From Rebecca billardiae RCC1528 (taxonomy: Eukaryota; Protista; Haptophyta), in contig OZ251240.1 in the NCBI GenBank assembly GCA_965240325.2, forward strand, positions 310,001 through 374,000: DNA of 64,000 nucleotides, in the 5' to 3' direction. Positions within the stretch are counted from its first letter, which is position 1, and every line of letters starts with the position of its first letter. The notes beneath the pieces were generated by a model. It did no database searches and had not been told where the DNA came from. It saw nothing but the letters and a program-made list of their open reading frames with translations. The position numbers and the translations under genes are program-made. Positions 56,770 through 64,000 of the stretch are shown one piece after another.

Positions 56770-59700
56770 ATGCCGCGCGCGCTTCTCAAGGCGGACTACG
56801 CGGCGCTCGAGGCGTGGGCGCGCGCGACGCCGCAGCCGGTGCGCGAGCTCTCCCTGAACGAGCGCGACGAGCTCAGCCTCACGCTGCAGTACAGCCAGGG
56901 CGACGACGAGTGCGCCTGCCGGCTCGTCGCGCAGCTCGACGGCGAGCGCTACCCGACCGCGGCCGTGGCCGTGCGCGAAGCGGCCGGCGACGGCGCGGGC
57001 GGCTCGAGCGCCGAGGGCGCGTCGGTCGGCGAGTTCCTCGAGCTGATCAACGCCTCGCTCTCCGACGGCGCGCGCCTCTCCGGCGTGATCGAGACCCTCG
57101 CCGCCGTGCTCGGCGCGGAGGTGAGCGGGCTCGACGAGATGCTTGCCGCCGCCGCGCCGCCCGCGTCGGGCGCCGACGAGCTGGGCGACGAGGCCGAGTT
57201 CGAGATGGAGGAGGCGAACGAGTTTGCGATGAACCAGGGCAAGGCGACCGACGAGGCGCTCCTCATGCTCGAGCGCCAGTGGCAGCGCAAGTGCGCGGCG
57301 GACGACGCGGCGGCCTCGGCGAGCGCCGAGGACGAGGGCCGCGGCGCCGACACGCCCGCGTCGGCGAGCCTGCAGCGGCAGCGGCGGAGCCGCGCGGCGC
57401 TGCCGGAGGCGCTGCGGCTGCTCTTCACGAGCGCCGAGTCCTCCAAGATCCTGATCAACGAGCTCAAGCAGCTCGTGCGCGACAACATGATCGGGCACAC
57501 CGACCTGACGGTGCATGCGCCGCACGAGGACGTGCACGTGTGGCGCGTGCAGCTGCACGACGTCTGCGCGAACTCGCGGCTGGGGAAGGCGCTGCGCGGC
57601 GCGGCGGCGGCGCGCGGCGGCGGCGCGCCGCCGCCGCCGCTCGAGCTCGAGCTCGAGTTCACGCCCGGCCTCCACCCGATGTACCCGCCGTGGCTCCGGC
57701 TGCTCTCGCCGCGGCTGAGCGCGCACGCGGCCGAGGCGGTGATGGCGGCGGCGCTCTTCACGCCCGAGGGGTGGGACCCGCTGCTCGCGATCAAGGCGGC
57801 GGTGCGGCACGCGCAGGGGCTGCTCGAGGCGCACGCCACGCTCGCGCACGACGACGCCTCCGGCGCGTACACGCGCGCCGAGCACGTCTGCTGCCGGCTC
57901 GAGGCGCTCTCAGCGCTGAGCGTGCGAGCACGCTGGGCGTACGCGAGCGAGCAGGGGACGGCGCAGCAGGGGGACAGCGGCGGCGGCGGCGGGGCGTGCG
58001 CGGCGGGCGGCGGGGCGTGCGCGGAGGCGGAGACGGCGCGCGAGCTCTACGCCGCGTGCCACGCCGTCTCGCGCGAGGAGGAGGCGCGCCTCCGCGGCCT
58101 GCGGCGCGACTCTGGCGGCGCGGCCGGCGGCGCGGCTGGGCGCGGCGGCGGCGGCGGCGGCAGCGGCGGGAACGGCAAGTCGACGACGCGGTCGGAGCAC
58201 GAGCGCGGCCCCTCGCGCCAGCCGTGGGCCGCCGGCGTGGGCTACGGCACCGGCCGCACCTCGAAGGGCTCCCAGTGGGACGCGGCCGCGGCGGAGGCGG
58301 CGCAGCAGCAGCGGGATGCGGAGACGCGCGTGCTGGTGGACGAGCTGGCGCACTGCTGCGCGCGGGGAGAGGTGCGCAGCGGGGCAGAGAGGCGATGCGC
58401 GGCGCGCGCGCGACGAGCGCGCGCTCACGCGCGCACGCCCCGCGCCCTCGCGCCCACCCGCCCGCCCGCCCGCCCGCCCGCCGCGCGCGCCGCCGCGCGC
58501 CGCCGCGCGCCCGCAGCTTGGGCGCACGCTCGCGTCCGACTCGTGCCTGCTGCCCTTCCTCGAGCAGAGCCTGCGCGGTGCGTCGTTCAACGACCTGCAG
58601 GCGCGGACCGCGCTGTTCGGCAGCCTGCTCTCGCTCGTGAAGGAGATGGCCGCGAGGCCGGAGCTGCGCGCGCTGCTCTTCGCGCCCGCCGCGCAGCCGC
58701 CCGGCCCGGCGGATGCGGCCGCGGCGCCGGAGGCGGCCGCGGCGCCGGCGGCCGAGCCCGCGCCCGAGCCGGCGGCGCCGGAGCCGCCTTCCGCGAAGCG
58801 CGCACGCACCGCCGCGCCGCGCGCCTCGCGCGCCTCCTCGCGCGCCGCCACGCGCGCCGCCGCCGCCGCCGCCGCGCCGACCACGGCCTCCCCGCCCGGC
58901 GGCGGCGCGCAGCCCGCCGCGCCGCCGCCCGCCGCGCCGGCCGCGCCCTCGGCCGCGCGGCGCGCGCCCGACGCGCGCTCGGTCGCAGCGGGCGTGCACG
59001 AGGCCGCTCTGAACGCTCACGTGTACCTCACGCTGCACGCGCAGCAGCACGGCGGCGCGGACGGCGCGGGCGGCGCGGGCGCGGGCGGCGCCGCCGCCCC
59101 CGCCGCGCGCGGCAAGGCGGCCGCGCTGCCCCCGCCTCCGCAGGACAGCGCCGCGCTCCTCGCGGTCGCCCGCCAGTTTGTGGCGGTGGCCGCGCTGCTG
59201 GGCGTGGGCGGCAGCGCACCCGCCTGGCGCGGCGCGGCGCAGCACGCGGCGGCGCGCGGCGGCGGCGGCGACGCGGGCTCGTCGAGCGCGCCGGCCGCGG
59301 CGCCGGGCAGCACCGCCGCCGCCGCCGCGGTCAGGCGCGCGGGTGCAAAGGGCTCGCGCAGCGCGCGCTGCGCGGCCGCCGCGTCGAGCGCCGCCACCGT
59401 GAGCGGCAGCGGCGGCTCCAAGGTGCGCGCGCCCTCCGCGCGCCCTCCGCGCGCCCTCCGCGCGCCCTCCGCGCGCCCTCCGCGCGCCCTCCGCGCGCGC
59501 GCGCGCGCGGCCGCGCCGCTCACGCCGGCGCGCGCGCGCGGCCGGCGCGCGCCTCTGTGCAGTCGTCCGTGCCCGCGCGCGAGTACTGCGAGGCCCTGTC
59601 CGAGCTCCAGTTCGACATGGTCTCCGCGCCCTTCCGCACGCACCGGCTGACGTGCTCGGACGGCGCGGACGGCAGCGGGCGCGGCGCTGGGAGCGCGAAG

Positions 59701-60484
59701 CGGACCAAGCGCATCATGGTGGAGTGCCCCGACCTGCGCTCGTCGCTGCCGCTCAACGCCTCCTCCTCGGTGTTCGTGCGCGTGGAGCAGGCGCGCACGC
59801 ACCTCTGGAAGGCGCTGATCACCGGGCCTGACGACACGCCGTACGCGGGCGGCTGCTTTGCGTTTGACCTGCTGCTGCCGACGGACTACCCGTCCGCGCC
59901 GCCCAAGGTGGTGCTCACCACCACCGGCGGCGGCGCGGTGCGCTTCAACCCCAACCTGTACGCGGACGGCAAGGTGCGCGCGCGCGCGCGCGGCCGCGCC
60001 GCGCGGCCGCGCCGCGCGGCCGCGCCGCCGTCGCCGAGCCGCGCTGTGCGCGCGCACACGTTGCGCCGTGCAGGTGTGCCTCTCGCTGCTGGGCACGTGG
60101 CACGGCGACCATGGCGAGTCCTGGCACGCGGACCGCAGCACGGTGCTGCAGGTGCTGATGAGCATCCAGGCGCTCATCCTCGTGCCAGACCCGTACTTCA
60201 ACGAGCCGGGCCTCGAGATGGAGCGCGGCACGCCCAACGGCGACCGGCAGAGCGCCGCGTACAACGTGCAGATCCGCGAGTACACGCTGCGGCACGCGGT
60301 GCTCGGCATGCTCAGGGCGCCGCCGCCCGAGTTTGCCGACGTGGTGCGCGCGCACTTCTCGCTCAAGCGCGCGGCGCTGCTCGATCAGTGCGACCGGTGG
60401 GTGGGCGCCGCCACCTCGGCGCTGCAGCGGCAGATGGCCAAGCTGCGTGACGAGATCGCCGCCGAGCTGGACAAGCTGCACTAG
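56770..60484 (+). CDS. Large BIRC6/UBE2Z-like ubiquitin-conjugating enzyme; exons 56770-58371, 58517-59422, 59563-59973, 60074-60484
   Basis: [10 protein letters not shown] motif and C-terminal [33 protein letters not shown]|[31 protein letters not shown] with the catalytic Cys. Three GTGCGC..CAG introns. Confidence 0.9.
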
Positions 60485-60982
60485 GCGGCCGCGGGTGACG
60501 AGCCGTCAGCGCACCGCCCGAGGCCCGGCGGCCGCGGGCGACGGGGCGCGCTGCACTCGGAGTATCCGACCGCCGCCGGTGTCGTCGACTTTCAGTACAT
60601 CACTCATCCGAGTGTGTACTGTACTACTATGACATGGCGCAGTCACTGGCCTGACCAGCGCCGGTGCCGGTGCGGCCCGCCGGCAACAGTTTACGACGCA
60701 GAATAAGAGACGCACGCAGCTCAGGCAGGCGAGATTACTGCTGATTCGATGATTCTGATCACGGTCAGCCTCCCGCGCCTCGAGGCCACAATAGCGCCGG
60801 CGCCGTCGCGGCGTCCGTGCGCAAGGGCGCTCGCGCTCATGCGCTTTGCGGTGCCTTGCGTCTGCTTGTGTCGTTGTGAGTTGTGATCAGTCCACCGCCG
60901 GACTCGATCGAGTCCGGCGAGTCGGCGGCCGGGCGCGGGCTCGGCGGCTCGAGCTGATCAAGAGTGGCGGCCAGGCCGGCCA

Positions 60983-62400
60983 ATGATGGACAGCTCGAGG
61001 CCGCTGCTCGGCGTGACGGAGGAGGCGACGCCCAGGGCGGGCGGGCGGCCGCGCAGGACGCGCCGGCCGTCCATGTCCCTCGAGGCGAAGCTCTTCATGT
61101 CGCCGTGGCACAAGTGGACGGTGCACCGCTACCCGCCGCTCAAGCTCGCGGTGCACGTGCTGCTGCTCGCGGTCGGCACGCCGACCATCATCTTCTCGGA
61201 GCACCAGAAGGTGAGCTTCCTGCACGACCTGCGGCTCGAGCTCGTGCGCATCTACTACCCCGAGCGCTGCCAGCCCGAGTGCCTCACCAACGCCGACGCG
61301 CGCTACTGCCAGCTCCCGCCCGCGTGCACGTTCTCGCTGCTCTCGGACGTGAGCACGTTTGTGAGCGGCGTGGTCGACGGGTACTACACGTCGAAGGCGC
61401 GGCTGCTGCCGCGGATCGCGTACATCCGAGCGGGCGCGGATGACGGGTACCACGCGGTGGAGAGCGTCCACCTCAGGGTCGTCTACCTCAAGCCCTTCTC
61501 GCCCGACGACCCGCTGTCCGGCTCGAGGCACTACAACCTGACGCGCGGCGACAAGGCCGAGCGGCTCGGCCCGCTCGCGGGCGTGCCCGCGCTGAACGCG
61601 ACGCAGCGCGAGGTGTTCGACCGGCTGTCCTCCATCCGGCTGCGCCTCCACTTCCTCTCCAAGGAGTACGACGACCTCTACCTCTCGCGCTCGCACAGCG
61701 CGCTCAACCTGCTCTACCCGCCGGGCGCGCTCGCGTGGTCGTACGAGCTCGAGCTGCTGCCCACGCCCGGCCGGCAGCTGCTCGAGCTGAAGACGGACCT
61801 GCGCGCGGAGGTGCGGCCCGACCCGACGTTCGGCGTGCAGGCGATGGTCCTCCGCCCCGCCTTCGTCGCGTACGCCGCGCAGGCGGTGCTCTCCTCCGCG
61901 CTGCTGCTGCTGTCCGTGCGCGCGCTGCACCTCGCGCTGCTGCGGATGCGCACGCTCGGCCTCGCGGCGCACGCGCTGCACGAGGGGCAGACGCCGGACG
62001 CGATGCGCCGCACGCGCTCGGCGCAGTCGCTCACGGCCGGCATGTCGCCCGCGCTCACCGACGGCCCGGTCTCCCTCCGCCGCTCCTTCTCCGTCTCCTA
62101 CTCCATGTCCAACCAGACGGCGGACGCGGCCGCGCTGCTGCCAAAGGTTGCGCTCTCTCCGCTGCACCGGATGCAGACGTCGCGCCGGCTCTCGGCGGCG
62201 GCGTTGGAGCGGCCGCAGGGGCTGGAGGAGGGCGCGCAGAACGGCGCGCGCGGGGGCTCGTCCCCGCTCAGCCCGCGGCCGCAGGGCATCCTCCGCCGAT
62301 CCGGCGGCTCCTCGCCCGCGCTCGCGAGCGCGCTCTCGAGTGCCGCCGCCGCCGCGTCCGGCGCTCCGGCCTCTCCGAGCGCGCCGCGCCACGTGACCAT

Positions 62401-62478
<78 letters not shown>

Positions 62479-63352
62479 GGGCCCCACCGACGGCAGCGGC
62501 ATCGTCAACATGGACGAGGACCTGCTCGGGAGCGGCCCCGAGGCGGCGGCCGCGTGGCGCGGGCGCACGCCCGTGGAGCGCCTCTTCTCGGTGCTCAGCC
62601 CGCACACGCTGCTCATGGGCGTGGGCAGCGCGCTGCTGCTGCGCGCGACGGTGTACAACCTGCGCGGGCAGATGCGGATGGTCGGCTCCATCGCGCTCGT
62701 CGACCGCGGCTCGGTCTCCGCCTCCTCCGCCGTCGGCATCGCCCTCCTCTGGATCGCCCTCACCCGGTACTACGAGTGGGCGCCTGCGCTCTACACGTTC
62801 ACGCACACGATGCGGCGCGCGGTCAAGAACTCGCTCACGCTGATGCTCGCCGTGCTGCCGATCTTCCTGGGGTACGCGCTCGCGGGGACGGTGCTCTTCT
62901 CCGACTCGACGGGCGCGTTCCGCGGCTTCTCCACCTCGTGCGTCACGCTCTGGGCCATGTGCGCAGGCGACGAGGTGAACGAGGACTTCCGGCAGGTGTA
63001 CGCGGCGCGGCCGGTCGCAGGCCGCGTGTACATGTACACGTTCACGATGGTCTTCTACTTCACGTGCGCGAACATCTTCGTGTTCCTGATCGAGGCGGCG
63101 CACTACGCGGCGCTGCGCGACATCTTCACCGCGTCGGGCTCGCTCGCCGTGCGCCAGCTCCTCGACAAGGACGGCGACCCGGGCGAGGCCTCGACGGCGG
63201 ACACCGTGCCGCACGCCGAGCTCAACCACCACCGGCTCACGACCGACGCCTCGCCCAGCTCGCTCATGCGCATCGAGCACATGATGCTCGCGCAGCAGCG
63301 CATGCTGGTCGAGCTGCTGCAGGCGCAGCGCTCGCCCGACGCCCGGCGCTGA
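60983..63352 (+). CDS. Mucolipin (TRPML)-like cation channel
   Basis: FMSPWHKW..PPLKLAVHVL N-terminal motif, large luminal loop, pore FRGFSTSCVTLWAMCAGDEV, S6 YMYTFTMVFYFTCANIFVFLIEAAH. Poly-Gly from (GGC)n at ~62,402-62,476. Confidence 0.85.
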
Positions 63353-64000
63353 GCGCGCGCGCCCGTGATAGTGATACAATTCGTCCGCGCTGCTCATGCC
63401 CGTGAGTGGCGTGAGTGGCAGTTTGGGGGCCCAATATTAATGTCCAGCAAAGATGCTCTGTCACTCACTGTTCCATGGGTTTGCATCGTCATCGTGGTCC
63501 GGGCGGTGAGCACGGGTTTTCCCGATGGCGGCCGAGGTTCATGCATGGTCGCCGCCGCCATCGGCCAGCCCGCTGCGCCGCGCGCCGGCTGCTTCGTCGC
63601 GAGTGCTCGACGGAGCGCGCTGCTATTACGCGCGCCGGTGCACCGGCGCGGCGCGTGCCGTCGCCAACGGCGCGGCGCGCTCGTGCTCCGCCCGAGGAGG
63701 GGGCCAAAAACTTGGTCACCTCCCACTCTGTTGACTTGTGTGGCTCCTGTGAGGATCCACACGCGTCACCCGGCCTCTCCCACCCCTCTGTTGGGTCTGT
63801 GTGCGCACGCGGGAATAGCCCGCGTGCCGGGGCCATACCTCCCACTGGGAGGGCGTACACTTAAAGAGCGTAGCTTATGGCTGCGCTCTACAAGCTACCT
63901 CCCCGCCGGCCTCCTGCCGGCGAAGCTCTTCTCTCCGTCGAAGAGGCGCTCGGGGATCATGTCCGCCAAGCGCACCACCCCTCCTACTCCTGCCGCTGGC

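Noticed and set aside
39083-63405. Long antisense or alternate-frame ORFs over host genes (e.g. 39083..42235, 53414..55009, 60887..63397)
   Set aside because: Shadow ORFs caused by high GC3.
63415-64000. Possible gene or element start at the window end
   Set aside because: Too short and truncated, with no recognisable motif.

Overview
Very GC-rich, intron-containing eukaryotic DNA. The GTGCGC donors, (CG)n-rich introns and gene content fit a GC-rich microalga such as a haptophyte, but that is inference only. Three zones are visible. (1) 1-30,266: a head-to-tail satellite of ~185-245 bp monomers with a variable number of 14-bp palindromic subunits and several higher-order repeat periods. It is interrupted at 16,265-20,030 by an apparently intact Mutator-like (MULE) transposon with 124-bp TIRs, a 9-bp TSD and a spliced DDE+SWIM transposase. 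Nearly all ORFs predicted in the satellite are artefacts. (2) 30.3-50.7 kb: a mobile-element-rich border zone. It starts with an intronless C5 cytosine methyltransferase carrying an N-terminal Cys8 finger, ~370 bp from the satellite edge. It also holds two inverted copies of a hairpin-ended element (one hit by a TA-TSD Tc1/mariner-like insertion), a (TA)n-targeting miniature element with A-B-A-B split direct repeats (PAT/Ngaro/TOC1-like layout), a divergent OSCA/CSC1 plus rolling-stone-like gene pair, and a SEL1-MYND gene with a foldback element and a Harbinger-like element stacked upstream. (3) 51-63.4 kb: ordinary host genes (TKL kinase, F-box/RCC1, a small repeat-domain protein, a BIRC6-like E2, a mucolipin). 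All calls are from reading the sequence; no database searches were run.
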